The notes below the pieces were generated by a model. The model searched no databases, had not been told where the DNA came from, and saw only the letters and a program-made list of their open reading frames with translations. Shown piece after piece: positions 37,216-48,200 of a stretch of DNA of 64,000 nucleotides. The position numbers and the translations under genes were made by a program. This DNA is from Squalus acanthias (Eukaryota): the NCBI GenBank assembly GCA_030390025.1, contig JASTWF010000361.1, positions 62,001 to 126,000 on the forward strand, given 5' to 3'. Numbering within the stretch: position 1 is the first letter of the stretch; each line of letters starts with the position of its first letter.

Positions 37216-40200
37216 TTAAATTCTGAGAAGGCTGCTGCGAGCTCTTCCCGACGGTGGGAGGGCACTGACCCCTTCCTTTGATCTGCCGCAGCCTGTTGCC
37301 GCTGCGATGGGACTGGGCCCTTCCTGGGCTGCCTTAACCTTGAGCCTGCGCCTTGGGGCAGTCTGCGGACATGACCACATGTTCCTGGGCTGGGGTAGCC
37401 GACCTGTCCTACGAGGAGTTGCCGGGGGCAGGAATCCCAGGACCGACGGACCGGGTTCCGAGACTTCCATCGGGACGACCTGTGGTCCCACCACAGTCGC
37501 TGGCTCCGTCTCCCCTGACTCCGCCTCCCTGACCTCGGGACCTGCAGCTTGTGGCACCGCCCTGCTCGGCCCAGCAGGCGAACCTCCACTCGCAGTCCCT
37601 ACCTCCCTCGAGGGCAGGACGTTCAAGGCGGGCGGCTCGGGCTCTGAGGTTTCCGCCGTCCCGCCCTGTGGTCCCACAGTGGCTGGCTCCGCCTCCCCTA
37701 GCTCCTCCCTCCTGTGTGCGGGACCTGCAGCCTCGGTGTCCACCCTGTGTGGATCTCTATCTGCAGCCGCTGTCCTCCCTATACCTGAATCGGGGGCGAC
37801 CCTTGCGTCCTCCGATTCCCACTCGTCCTCATCACTATCCTCATCTGACTCGAGTTCCCGGAACTCTCCCTCATCTGACTCCCAACCCCACAAAAATGTT
37901 TCACAATTTTCCAGGATGTCTCCTTCCCTGATGCAGGCTGCTTTGCCTGCCTGTGTGCCTTGTGGTCCTACCTGGGGCTGCGAGTCCCCACTCGCAGGTT
38001 TTGCCCCTGTGGTTTTCCCTTGTGCACCTGGCTTGTACAATTTGCACTGGTTTACGTGGAACCACTTAGTGCGCCGAGGTACCTTTACGGCGTATACCAT
38101 GGGACTCGCCTTATCTACAATGTTGTAGGGTCCCATATACAGTGGTTCCAGACTCCCTACTCTGGCGTAGTTTCTGACCATAACCTGGTCTCCTACTTCC
38201 CACTCCCGCGTTTTGCGGGGTTCCAGCAACAGGCGATTGCCCTGATGCTGCCTTCCCATGTTCCCAGCCGCCTGCTCATAAACCTGTTTCAGGCGCTCCA
38301 AGAGGGTCTGGGCGAACTTGTCCCTGCTTATCTCTTGGAGCTGACCCTCAGTGAGCACCGGCGCTAGCACATGGGTGGGGGTTCGCATGATCCTCCCAGT
38401 CATCACCTCGTGCGGGGAATACCCCGTACTTTTCGACTGACTGGCCCGGACCCCCATGAGGACTAAAGGCAGAACTTCCGCCCATTTTTGGGGCGAGTTC
38501 CTAGTCTCTTTCCTCAATTTCTCCTTCAGGGTCCGGTTCATGCGTTCAACAATCCCGGATGACTGGGGATTGTGTGCTACGTGCCATTTCCCTTCAATGC
38601 CCAAAAGCATGAGGGTGTTCTGCATCACCTGGCCGGTGAAATGACTCCCTTGGTCTGACTCCACAAAACGGGGGAGTCCCCACCGCGAGAACACTTCCCG
38701 GACCAAGATTTTTGCAGTACCCAGTGCCGTAGCTGTTCGACAGGGGAAGGCTTCCACCCATTTGGAAAACACATCCACCAAGACGAGGCAGTATTTATAA
38801 CCTCCCTGGGTGGTGGGCAGGGGCCCTATATAGTCGATCTGTATCGACTGCCATGGTCCCTCTACCCTTCTTACGTGCCCCATGGGCACTTTCCTTTTCT
38901 GGGGGTCTGGGTTGTTTGAAGCGCACACGAGACAGTTTGCACAGAACTCGCGGACCTGTTCCCTGAGCCCCGGCCACCATCCCGCTTGCTCTACCCGTTG
39001 CCAGGTAACCTCGGGCCCGGGGTGCCCTGCCCCTGGTCCCTCATGAGCCAGCTGGAGGAATTCCCTCCTGTGCTGCTGCGGCACAACCCACTGCTCTTCG
39101 TGGAACAGCATGCCTTCCTTAACTGAGAGGGTTGCCGTACTGTACGGACCCTCTACTTGCTTCCCCTCAGCAATGGTTTTTAGGACTGCTTTTAGGGCGG
39201 GATCCTGGTTCTGGACGGTCTTAAGGTCTAGGGGCAATGCTACCCTGGAGTTCCCGGGATTCCCGTCCCTGCCTTGGATCGCTGCCATGGGTCTGGTCCC
39301 ATAGGGGTCCCAGAAAATGCCGTTGCGGGCACCTTCCCTGGCTAGCGCATCCGCCTGCTGGTTGCCCTCCCCACGGGGCTCTGTGGAGGAGTGAGCCTTC
39401 ATCTTATGGATGAAAATCTCCCCTTCCTCCCCTACTGCTGCTAGGATCTTTTCCAGCAAAGGCTTCACCGTTAAAGGTCGCCCGTCCGCGGAGGTGTATC
39501 CACGGCGGGACCAAATGGCCAGGTATTCCGTACACGAATTGCATGTGAACATACTGTCCGAGCAAATCGTGTATGGGGTTGGGAAAATGTCTGGGTGGGT
39601 AACGACGTACACCACTGCAGACAGCTCAGCCTGCTGCGCGCTCATGGTGCTAGGGAGCTTGATCGCCAGGGCAAGGTTTGCCGCAGGGTCATAAACTCCA
39701 CACCCTGTGAGTCGTTCGCCAGCAGATACTGTGCTGGAACCATCAACATAAATCTCGCGCCCAGTGGGATGTATCCCGGCCCGCAAACCTATGTTGACGT
39801 CCCACACCCCTTCCACCGAACACCGGTGGGCTGTACCGGGGTATACCAAATTGGCCGCAAGCCTGGGCTCGCAAAGACCTTTAACTCTAAGATCCATCTG
39901 GGAAAGAAGAAGGGTCCAGCGCGCAATACGCACGCTGCTTACGGTCCCATCTTTAATCCTCCCATCTAGAAGCATCCTAGTTGGCGTGTGATGGGTGAGG
40001 AGAGTGATGGGAGAGAGCCCTGTGAAGATCGCTGATCTTTTCACAGCCCAATGCGTGGCTAAAAGGTGCCTTTCGCAATTGGAGAAACTTCTCTCCACAT
40101 CTGTTAACACTCTGGACGAATAGACAACCGGCCTCAGCTTGCCGTGGCGCTCTTGGAGCAGCACAGCGCTCAAGCTGTCCCCGCTGGCAGCTACCTCCAG

Positions 40201-41703
40201 GAAAAACTCCTTCCCCCCATCTATGGCCCCTAAGGCTGGCGCGGTCTGCAGATCCCTTTTTAACTTCTCGAAGGCTGCTTGGCAGCCCTCGTCCCAAGAC
40301 CACTCCACTCCCTTATGGAGGAGTCGGAGGAGCGGCGCCGCTGTGGCCGCATAGTCTTCGGTAAAATCCCTGCAGTAACCGGTCAGTCCCAAGAAGGACC
40401 TCACACCCCTTATGGTGTTGGGAATCGGTAACTCTTGCACCGACTCCCTCCTAGCCTTATCTATGGCTCTTTCCCCAGCGCGAATGGTCAGCCCCAGGAA
40501 TTTTACTTCCTGCTGACCGATACGTGCTTTCTTAAGGTTTACTTTAAAACCCTTCCTCGCTAGCAGCTCCAATAACTCGGCCAGCAGTGGTCCATGCTCC
40601 TCCCTTGAATCCGTAAATAGGAGCAAATCATCCACGTACTGCACTATCTGATTGGGCTGACTAAACTCCTTTAAACTTCCTGCCATACACTGATGGAAAA
40701 TACTGGGGCTGTTGTGGAAACCCTGTGGCAGACAGTTCCATGTGTACTGTTGTCCTTTGAAAGTAAAGGCAAACTTGTACTGGTCCTCTCGCCGCAGCGG
40801 GATGGACCAAAAACCGTTCGAGATATCCAGCACCGTGAACGTGGTCGCGGACGCTGGGATACTCCCTATTAGGTCAGCAACTGCTGCTACCGTGGGCGCG
40901 CAGGCGGGAATGTTACTGTTAAGGACTCTGTAGTCCACCGTGGCCCTCCACGAATTATCCGGCTTCCTAACCGGCCATAATGGGGAGTTCACGTGTGTGG
41001 CTATTGGCCTCAACACGCCCTGCTGCACCAAGGAGGACATTGCTATCTCCATATCGGGTTCTGCTTCTTTGGGGAAGTTATACTGTTTTTGGGGCCGGGT
41101 CATGGGGTCCCCATCTACGCTGACCTCAAACCCGGTAACCCTCCCACAATCGTGCTTGTGGGTTGCAAACGCGTGCATATTATCTGACACGTACGTTTGC
41201 ATGTCCGTTGGGACATCCGCGACCATAAGCCCGAGGTCGTAGCCTCCGGATGGCTGCATGGTACACAGGACCCCTGTTTCTTCCTCCCCCGGAATTACCA
41301 CTACCTCGCCTTCTTCACTCTTAGCCCCCCAGAGACAGTGATTTCTGAGGTCCACGAGGATCCCGTGTCCTGATAGGAGATCGGACCCGAGGATACCTCT
41401 CCCACCCCCCTCCTGCCATTCCATCAGTATGCACTTCCACTTAATGTGGAGTGCTCCTAAACGAATGGATAGCGGAAGGGAGAACGCGCCAGCCTGTTCT
41501 TTTCCCGTGAACCCCGCTAATGTGAATGGGACCTTGGTAGATAGCGGTGAGTCAAAAGGGCTATCTGTATGAATCACGGTGCAAGAAGCTCCCGTGTCCA
41601 ACAAATAACTACCCTTCTGTTTCTCTACCTCCATCTCCACCAGGGGTCGCTTCCACGCATCATAGCTGAGCGGACACAGGTAGACGGGCTGCGCGGGCTC
41701 TAG
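37216..41703 (-). CDS. pol: Copy B pol, intact: protease, RT, degenerate RNase H (tether), second RNase H, integrase, long acidic tail
   Basis: LLDTGA; NSPLWPVRKPD, LDISNGF, LPQGF, YVDD; LEVAAS...ERHLLA...THH; IYVDGSS...SAQQAEL...SDS...KAH...GNQQAD; HHCC, IDYIGPL, SDQGSHF, VERMN, MGPY. Confidence 0.95.
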   Translation of the reverse strand, partial: LEPAQPVYLCPLSYDAWKRPLVEMEVEKQKGSYLLDTGASCTVIHTDSPFDSPLSTKVPFTLAGFTGKEQAGAFSLPLSIRLGALHIKWKCILMEWQEGGGRGILGSDLLSGHGILVDLRNHCLWGAKSEEGEVVVIPGEEETGVLCTMQPSGGYDLGLMVADVPTDMQTYVSDNMHAFATHKHDCGRVTGFEVSVDGDPMTRPQKQYNFPKEAEPDMEIAMSSLVQQGVLRPIATHVNSPLWPVRKPDNSWRATVDYRVLNSNIPACAPTVAAVADLIGSIPASATTFTVLDISNGFWSIPLRREDQYKFAFTFKGQQYTWNCLPQGFHNSPSIFHQCMAGSLKEFSQPNQIVQYVDDLLLFTDSREEHGPLLAELLELLARKGFKVNLKKARIGQQEVKFLGLTIRAGERAIDKARRESVQELPIPNTIRGVRSFLGLTGYCRDFTEDYAATAAPLLRLLHKGVEWSWDEGCQAAFEKLKRDLQTAPALGAIDGGKEFFLEVAASGDSLSAVLLQERHGKLRPVVYSSRVLTDVERSFSNCERHLLATHWAVKRSAIFTGLSPITLLTHHTPTRMLLDGRIKDGTVSSVRIARWTLLLSQMDLRVKGLCEPRLAANLVYPGTAHRCSVEGVWDVNIGLRAGIHPTGREIYVDGSSTVSAGERLTGCGVYDPAANLALAIKLPSTMSAQQAELSAVVYVVTHPDIFPTPYTICSDSMFTCNSCTEYLAIWSRRGYTSADGRPLTVKPLLEKILAAVGEEGEIFIHKMKAHSSTEPRGEGNQQADALAREGARNGIFWDPYGTRPMAAIQGRDGNPGNSRVALPLDLKTVQNQDPALKAVLKTIAEGKQVEGPYSTATLSVKEGMLFHEEQWVVPQQHRREFLQLAHEGPGAGHPGPEVTWQRVEQAGWWPGLREQVREFCANCLVCASNNPDPQKRKVPMGHVRRVEGPWQSIQIDYIGPLPTTQGGYKYCLVLVDVFSKWVEAFPCRTATALGTAKILVREVFSRWGLPRFVESDQGSHFTGQVMQNTLMLLGIEGKWHVAHNPQSSGIVERMNRTLKEKLRKETRNSPQKWAEVLPLVLMGVRASQSKSTGYSPHEVMTGRIMRTPTHVLAPVLTEGQLQEISRDKFAQTLLERLKQVYEQAAGNMGRQHQGNRLLLEPRKTREWEVGDQVMVRNYARVGSLEPLYMGPYNIVDKASPMVYAVKVPRRTKWFHVNQCKLYKPGAQGKTTGAKPASGDSQPQVGPQGTQAGKAACIREGDILENCETFLWGWESDEGEFRELESDEDSDEDEWESEDARVAPDSGIGRTAAADRDPHRVDTEAAGPAHRREELGEAEPATVGPQGGTAETSEPEPPALNVLPSREVGTASGGSPAGPSRAVPQAAGPEVREAESGETEPATVVGPQVVPMEVSEPGPSVLGFLPPATPRRTGRLPQPRNMWSCPQTAPRRRLKVKAAQEGPSPIAAATGCGRSKEGVSALPPSGRARSSLLRI

Positions 41704-43509
41704 TCATTGGGTACTATTAGACGGGCCTGTGGCACCTACGGGGCCGGTAGCAACCGCCACTTTTCCATGCGCACTCATGAAGTTGCGCATGGCTCCCAAC
41801 ACTGTTTCGAGGTCGTCGGGAGGGGTGGGTGCACTAGCTTCCCTAACAGAGACAGGCATCTGGGCTCGGGCTGCGGGATTTTTATCCCTGGAATCCTTCC
41901 AAGGGTTCCTGCAGTTCTTGCGCCAGTGCCCTGTCCTCCCACACCCGTAACAAGCATTACTTGCCTGCGGGGCGCGGTTACCCTCCTGATGCCACTCCTT
42001 TTGAGCCGGGGCTGCGGGTCGTACCTCATGTACTTTTCCCTTAAGGGGACGTGTTCCCATACCCCTGATATTACGGTTTCCTACCGTGAGTCGATTTAAG
42101 ACCGACTCCTCCGTAATGTTGGGGTCAGTGGGATCAAACCACGCTTTTGCCTGCTCTCTGACGGCTGGCAAACTGTTGGCTACTATACACCTGAGCCAAT
42201 GAGTTAAACCAACGCCTTCCACATCGTCGTGCTCTGGCGCACCTGGGCAGCTGCGCTGATATACTGGCCACAGCCTGTCGGCGAAAACCTTCGGGGGTTC
42301 TCCCTCCATCTGCACTGTCTGTCCCACTCTAACAAACGGACCTTCATCGTCCGTCCCCAATACTTCTAGGACCTCATTTTTTAGTGCCTCATATTTTTTG
42401 GTCCCCCTCTTGCTCTCGTCCGAGAGACACTGAAGGATCGAACTACCTAATGAAAATAACAGCATCTTTGCTGTTTCCCCATCGTCGCAGCCGTTAATGG
42501 CTGCGGTTTGCTCAACTTCTCTGAAATGTACGGAAGGGTCGTCTGCCTCGGTCAGCTTCCGTACGTGACTTATCATAACCCTCAGCTGGTGTGAGCTGTG
42601 AGGCAACACAAGCTGGTTGAGGAGATCCCCTTGTTCCCCACCGTCTCCGTTTGGGCCCCTTTTTATACCCGTAACCGGACACAATGGTCCCTTTTCCACT
42701 TCTACCTCAGTGGGCTCTTTCGTTTCTTCTACTACTTTCTCCCTTACCCAGGTTTCCGAATAGCTGGGTGGCGCGGAGGGCGTAGTGGCTAATACTTCCT
42801 CTGCTTTGCTTGGTGGGAATTTCTGAAACTCCTCATCCACTAGTGGCTGGTGTGCTGACGGACTGATAAGGCACACCATGCCGTGTGCTTTGTTCACGGC
42901 CCTTTTAAGGTGCTCTATTTCCTTTTGGCAGACGCTGTGATCGGCCCCCTGATACTTATCCTCAAGGGACATCTTATATGCCGCCCTAACCCCCGTTAAG
43001 CTCTCTTCCTGGGCTTTTATTTGGGCAGCTTGGCGGGCACATCGTTCCTTTAATCTGCCCTCACTTAACTTTGCCTCAGTCACCTGGCACTTGAGGTAAT
43101 CTATTTTTGCTTTATGGTGGTTGGTGACTACCTGGCGTTCTTGGTGCAACGCATTTAAATTCTTAATGAGCAACTGCCCCCCAGTGACCTTCTCGTCCAT
43201 TTCCTCCTCTAAATGCCTGATCCGAGCTGCTTGCGCTGTAATGACCTGGTTCGAAATTTGGACTTGTCTTTTATAGTACATTAACCAGGCCGCTTTCTCG
43301 ACTGTCTTTTTGTGTTCCTTGCTATCTGTCCACTTCTCGGCTGCCTCTAGTGGACACTTATCCGCTAGCAGGTCACTTATCCATTTCTTAGTCAAATTTA
43401 CTTTTCCGAGCACATAATCTGCTATTTTCTCTTGCATGACATTTCGTACATTCATACCAAAGTCTAACACATTACCCTCTTGCTGCCAGTGTCCTGCCGC
43501 GGTCACCAT
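41704..43509 (-). CDS. gag: Copy B gag, intact 601 aa
   Basis: Coiled-coil N-terminus, PSAPPSY, CYGCGRTGHWRKNC; stop in CAA-TGA-CTAG context, in frame with pol. Confidence 0.93.
   Translation of the reverse strand: MVTAAGHWQQEGNVLDFGMNVRNVMQEKIADYVLGKVNLTKKWISDLLADKCPLEAAEKWTDSKEHKKTVEKAAWLMYYKRQVQISNQVITAQAARIRHLEEEMDEKVTGGQLLIKNLNALHQERQVVTNHHKAKIDYLKCQVTEAKLSEGRLKERCARQAAQIKAQEESLTGVRAAYKMSLEDKYQGADHSVCQKEIEHLKRAVNKAHGMVCLISPSAHQPLVDEEFQKFPPSKAEEVLATTPSAPPSYSETWVREKVVEETKEPTEVEVEKGPLCPVTGIKRGPNGDGGEQGDLLNQLVLPHSSHQLRVMISHVRKLTEADDPSVHFREVEQTAAINGCDDGETAKMLLFSLGSSILQCLSDESKRGTKKYEALKNEVLEVLGTDDEGPFVRVGQTVQMEGEPPKVFADRLWPVYQRSCPGAPEHDDVEGVGLTHWLRCIVANSLPAVREQAKAWFDPTDPNITEESVLNRLTVGNRNIRGMGTRPLKGKVHEVRPAAPAQKEWHQEGNRAPQASNACYGCGRTGHWRKNCRNPWKDSRDKNPAARAQMPVSVREASAPTPPDDLETVLGAMRNFMSAHGKVAVATGPVGATGPSNSTQ
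43491..43508 (-). promoter_or_regulatory. PBS of copy B (TGGTGACCGCGGCAGGAC), overlapping the gag ATG
   Basis: Same position as in A and C, 5 nt after the LTR end. Confidence 0.78.
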
Positions 43510-43513
43510 TTTC

Positions 43514-45226
43514 TGTAAGGGTTTCTCTCTCTGAACCTGTGAGATTCGTGTGGCTCTGTGCAGCCTGGATGCTAGTGCGAGTTTAGGCCTTATTGCCTGT
43601 TCTGGTCTCCAGCCAGTCTGGGAGCACTAGACACCTGTGAGTGGTTCGACCCACTCGCCCTTACGGTTCTGACACTGGACTTAGATGCGAGAGCAGTAAT
43701 GGAGATAAAACTCAGGTAGACCCGGTTGAATGGTACGAAATGGAAAATCTTTATTGCATATTATTTAAGATTACGAAATACATGTCATAAGCACAGATTA
43801 ATGACAGTACAATCTTACACGCAGTTATGTAACTAATTTCAGGGAAACGAGGAACGAACGACACATCGTAAATGGGGCACACATTACAATTATCCTTAAA
43901 ACTTAAACCCTCCCCTATCAATATCTGCCCTAAGCTAGATTTGTAGGATCGAGACTCATGCTCACCACTCGTGATAACTCGGAGAATTCCGAAAACTCTG
44001 ATCGGATGTTTTTCCACCGCAGCACCCACGTGTCGATCAGGGGTCTCTGTACCCCACTTGTTTACTCGTTTCTGCTCCGGCTAGCAGGCTGGAACGTCTG
44101 CTGTCATGAAGATCTGTGTTGTCCTCGGAGTTCCGACACTACTCAAAAAAGAGTCTTCCTGTGCCCTCGCACTGATGCGATAGAATTCGAAGAATAGTCT
44201 TCCTGGCTGTTCTGTAAAACTCGAAGAAGTCTTCCTGGCAAGGAAAGTGTCTATTCGACCTACAGGCGCGGTCGGAGCTTACTGACCGTGGCGATACGTA
44301 TGGTCTTCTTCTCTTCTCATCTCATCTCATCTCATCTCATCTCATCTCGGGCCTTCGGTTCCAACACCATTTACCGACTTCTCGGGATGGTGCGCCCGCT
44401 TCAAGGCTTCAGAGCCCAGTTCCACACAGATCTTCGCGGCACGCCACGAGGTAGATCCGAGCGGATCGTAAAGTTCAACAGTCTTTAAAAGCTGCAAGAG
44501 GCAGAGACACGAGGCAGGCGGCAAGGAGTCGAAAGGATAAGAGCAACAGGAGCAGCCATGAGGATAAGAGTCAACCGAATAAGAGAATAAGAGAAAGATG
44601 GACGGTTGGAGCTTGCAGTTATAGTGCAAAATCCTCCTTTTCCCGCCCAACCTTAATGTCTTTTCTTTTGTTAGGGTTTGGCGCTCAAATTTCTTGTATA
44701 GGGTGATCTCCGTTTTTAATGGGTTTCGGGGATACTCGTAATTGTCTGAGTACCTGTTAATATTTCTCCCATTGTTTAATCGGTCGGTGTTCTCCCTGGA
44801 GGGGTTTTGGGGCTTCCGAATGTTTTCTGTAACTACCCGCTAACGGCTCTCTCATCGTAGAGTCGTTGGGATTTTGCATATTAATGTCTTTGGATGGGTT
44901 CTTGATTACTTGGTACAATAGCCCTTATTCGCACCTGGGAGACCGATTTCAGTATTTATGTGTATACAGCAAACCCATAATGTCTCGTGTATTATCTTAA
45001 ATGTGCTGAGTCTTGATCGATCTTGCACAAATGTTTATTGGAACGCCATCTTGTCTGCCTGTCGAAAAGTCTAGAATGTTCTGCCACGAGGCGTGGCGGC
45101 CATTTTACAAGCTGCTTGTGTCCACTTTGAAAACCTGACAGCATTCTGCTGAAATAAAAGCTGTTTGAACGAAACTATGTGTTTTTCTCCTTATTTATAA
45201 AATCGCGATATATTGCGAATTCTACA
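43514..45226 (-). repeat. Composite B/C 5' LTR (1713 bp)
   Basis: TG...CA termini; followed by PBS; matches 24781-26493. Confidence 0.95.
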
Positions 45227-48200
45227 ACCCGGCCCCAAAAGCAGTATAACTTCCCCAAAGAAGCAGAACCCGACATGGAGACAGCAATGTCCTCCTTGGT
45301 GCAGCATGGCGTGTTGAGGCCGATAGCCACACACGTGAACTCCCCATTATGGCCGGTTAGGAAGCCGGATAATTCATGGAGGGCCACGGTGGACTACAGA
45401 GTCCTTAACAGTAACATTCCCGCCTGCGCGCCCACGGTAGCAGCAGTCGCTGACCTAATAGGGAGTATCCCAGCGTCGGCGACCACGTTCACGGTGCTGG
45501 ATATCTCGAACGGTTTTTGGTCCATCCCGCTGCGGCGAGAGGACCAGTACAAGTTTGCCTTTACTTTTAAAGGACAACAGTACACATGGAACTGTCTGCC
45601 ACAGGGTTTCCACAACAGCCCCAGTATTTTCCATCAGTGTATGGCAGGAAGTTTAAAGGAGTTTAGTCAGCCCAATCAGATAGTGCAGTACGTGGATGAT
45701 TTGCTCCTATTTACGGATTCAAGGGAGGAGCATGGACCACTGCTGGCCGAATTATTGGAGCTGCGAGCGAGAAAGGGTTTTAAAGTAAACCCTAAGAAAG
45801 CACGTATCAGTCAGCAGGAAGTAAAATTCCTGGGGCTGACCATTCGCGCTGGGGAAAGAGCCATAGATAAGGCTAGGAGGGAGTCGGTGCAAGAGTTACC
45901 GATTCCCAACACTATAAGGGGTGTGAGGTCCTTTTTGGGACTGACCGGATACTGCAGGGATTTTATCGAAGACTATGCGGCCACAGCGGCGCCGCTGCTC
46001 CGACTCCTCCATAAGGGAGTGGAGTGGTCTTGGGACGAGGGCTGCCAAGCAGCCTTCGAGAAGTTAAAAGGGGATCTGCAGACCGCACCAGCTTTAGGGG
46101 CCATAGATGGGGGGAAGGAGTTTTTCCTGGAGGTAGCTGCTGGCAGGGACAGCTTGAGCGCTGTGCTGCTCCAAGAGCGACACGGCAAGCTGAGGCCGGT
46201 TGTCTATTCGTCCAGGGTGTTAACGGATGTGGAGAGAAGTTTCTCCAATTGCGAAAGGCACCTTTTAGCCACGCATTGGGCTGTGAAAAGATCAGCGATC
46301 TTCACAGGGCTCTCTCCCATCACTCTCCTCACCCATCACACGCCAACTAGGATGCTTCTAGATGGGAGGATTAAAGATGGGACCGTAAGCAGCGCGCGTA
46401 TTGCGCGCTGGACCCTTCTTCTTTCCCAGATGGATCTTAGAGTTAAAGGTCTTTGCGAGCCCAGGCTTGCGGCCAATTTGGTATACCCCGGTACAGCCCA
46501 CCAGTGTTCGGTGGAAGGGGTGTGGGAAGTCAACATAGGTTTGAGGGCCGGGATACATCCCACTGGGCGCGAGATTTATGTTGATGGTTCCAGCACAGTG
46601 TCCGCTGGCGAACGACTCACAGGGTGTGGAGTTTATGACCCTGCGGCAGACCTTGCCCTGGCGATCAAGCTCCCCAGCACCATGAGCGCGCAGCAGGCTG
46701 AGCTGTCAGCAGTGGTGCACGTCGTTACCCACCCAGAAATTTTCCCAACCCCATACACGATTTGCTCGGACAGTATGTTCACATGCAATTCGTGTACGGA
46801 ATACCTGGCCATTTGGTCCCGCCGTGGATACACCTCCGCGGACGGGCGACCTTTAACGGTGAAGCCTTTGCTGGAAAAGATCCTAGCAGCAGTAGGGGAG
46901 GAAGGCGGATGCGCTAGCCAGGGAAGGTGCCCGCAACGGCATTTTCTGGGACCCCTATGGGACCAGACCCATGGCAGCGATCCAAGGCAGGGACGGGAAT
47001 CCCGGGAACACCAGGGTAGCATTACCCCTAGACCTTAAGACCGTCCAGAACCAGGATCCCGCCCTAAAAGCGGTCCTCAAAACCATTGCTGAGGGGAAGC
47101 ATGTAGAGGGTCCGTACAGTACGGCAACCCTCTCAGTTAAGGAAGGCATGCTGTTCCGCGAAGAGCAGTGGGTTGTGCCGCAGCAGCAGAGGAGGGAATT
47201 CCTCCAGTTGGCTCACGAGGGACCGGGGGCATGGCACCCCGGGCCCGAGGTTACCTGGCAACGGGTAGAGCAAGCGGGATGGTGGCCGGGGCTCAGGGAA
47301 CAGGTCCGCGAGTTCTGTGCAAGCTGTCTCGTGTGCGCTGCAAACAACCCAGACCCCCAGAAAAGGAAAGTGCCCATGGGGCACGTCAGGAGGGTAGAGG
47401 GACCATGGCAGTCGATACAGATCGACTATATAGGGCCCCTACCCACCACCCAGGGAGGCTATAAATACTGCCTCGTCTTGGTGGATGTGTTTTCCAAATG
47501 GGTGGAAGCCTTCCCCTGTCGAACAGCTACGGCACTGGGTACTGCAAAAATCTTGGTCCGGGAAGTGTTCTCGCGGTGGGGACTCCCCCGTTTTGTGGAG
47601 TCAGACCAAGGGAGTCATTTCACCGGCCAGGTGATGCAGAACACCCTCATGCTTTTGGGCATTGAAGGGAAATGGCACGTAGCGCACAATCCCCAGTCAT
47701 CCGGGATTGTTGAACGCATGAACCGGACCCTGAAGGAGAAATTGAGGAAAGAGACTATGAACTCGCCCCAAAAATGGGCGGAGGTTCTGCCTTTAGTCCT
47801 CATGGGGGTCCGGGCCAGTCAGTCGAAAAGTACGGGGTATTCCCCGCACGAGGTGATGACTGGGAGGATCATGCGAACCCCCACCCATGTGCTAGCGCCG
47901 GTGCTCACTGAGGGTCAGCTCCAAGAGATAAACAGGGACAAGTTCGTCCAGACCCTCTTGGAGCGCCTGAAGCAGGTTTATGAGCAGGTGGCTGGGAACA
48001 TGGGAAGGCAGCATCAGGGCAATCGCCTGTTGCTGGAACCCCGCAAAACGCGGGAGTGGGAAGTAGGAGACCAGGTCATGGTCAGAAACTACGCCAGAGT
48101 AGGGCGTCTGGAACCACTGTATATGGGACCCTACAACATTGTAGATAAGGCGAGTCCCATGGTATACGCCGTAAAGTTACCCCGGCGCACTAAGTGGTTC

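Larger units (their letters stand above)
24781..45226 (-). mobile_element. Composite three-LTR provirus: LTR-gag-pol-env (B)-LTR-gag-[pol replaced]-env (C)-LTR; same family as A, inverted
   Basis: TSD ACCC at 24777-24780 and 45227-45230; outer LTRs both 1713 bp and near-identical; internal LTR 32586-34086 flanked by PPT and PBS rather than a TSD. Confidence 0.92.

Noticed and set aside
37307..38128. Long antisense ORFs over the pol tail (also 48131-48931, 29778-30347) and over Gypsy pol
   Set aside because: Expected shadows of GC-rich low-complexity coding sequence; mostly non-ATG or inconsistent starts; no recognisable domains.
24781..45226. Pure assembly artefact explanation for the duplications
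   Set aside because: Copies carry distinct substitutions and indels, and every junction has exact TG...CA ends with matching TSDs; long-read confirmation is still desirable.
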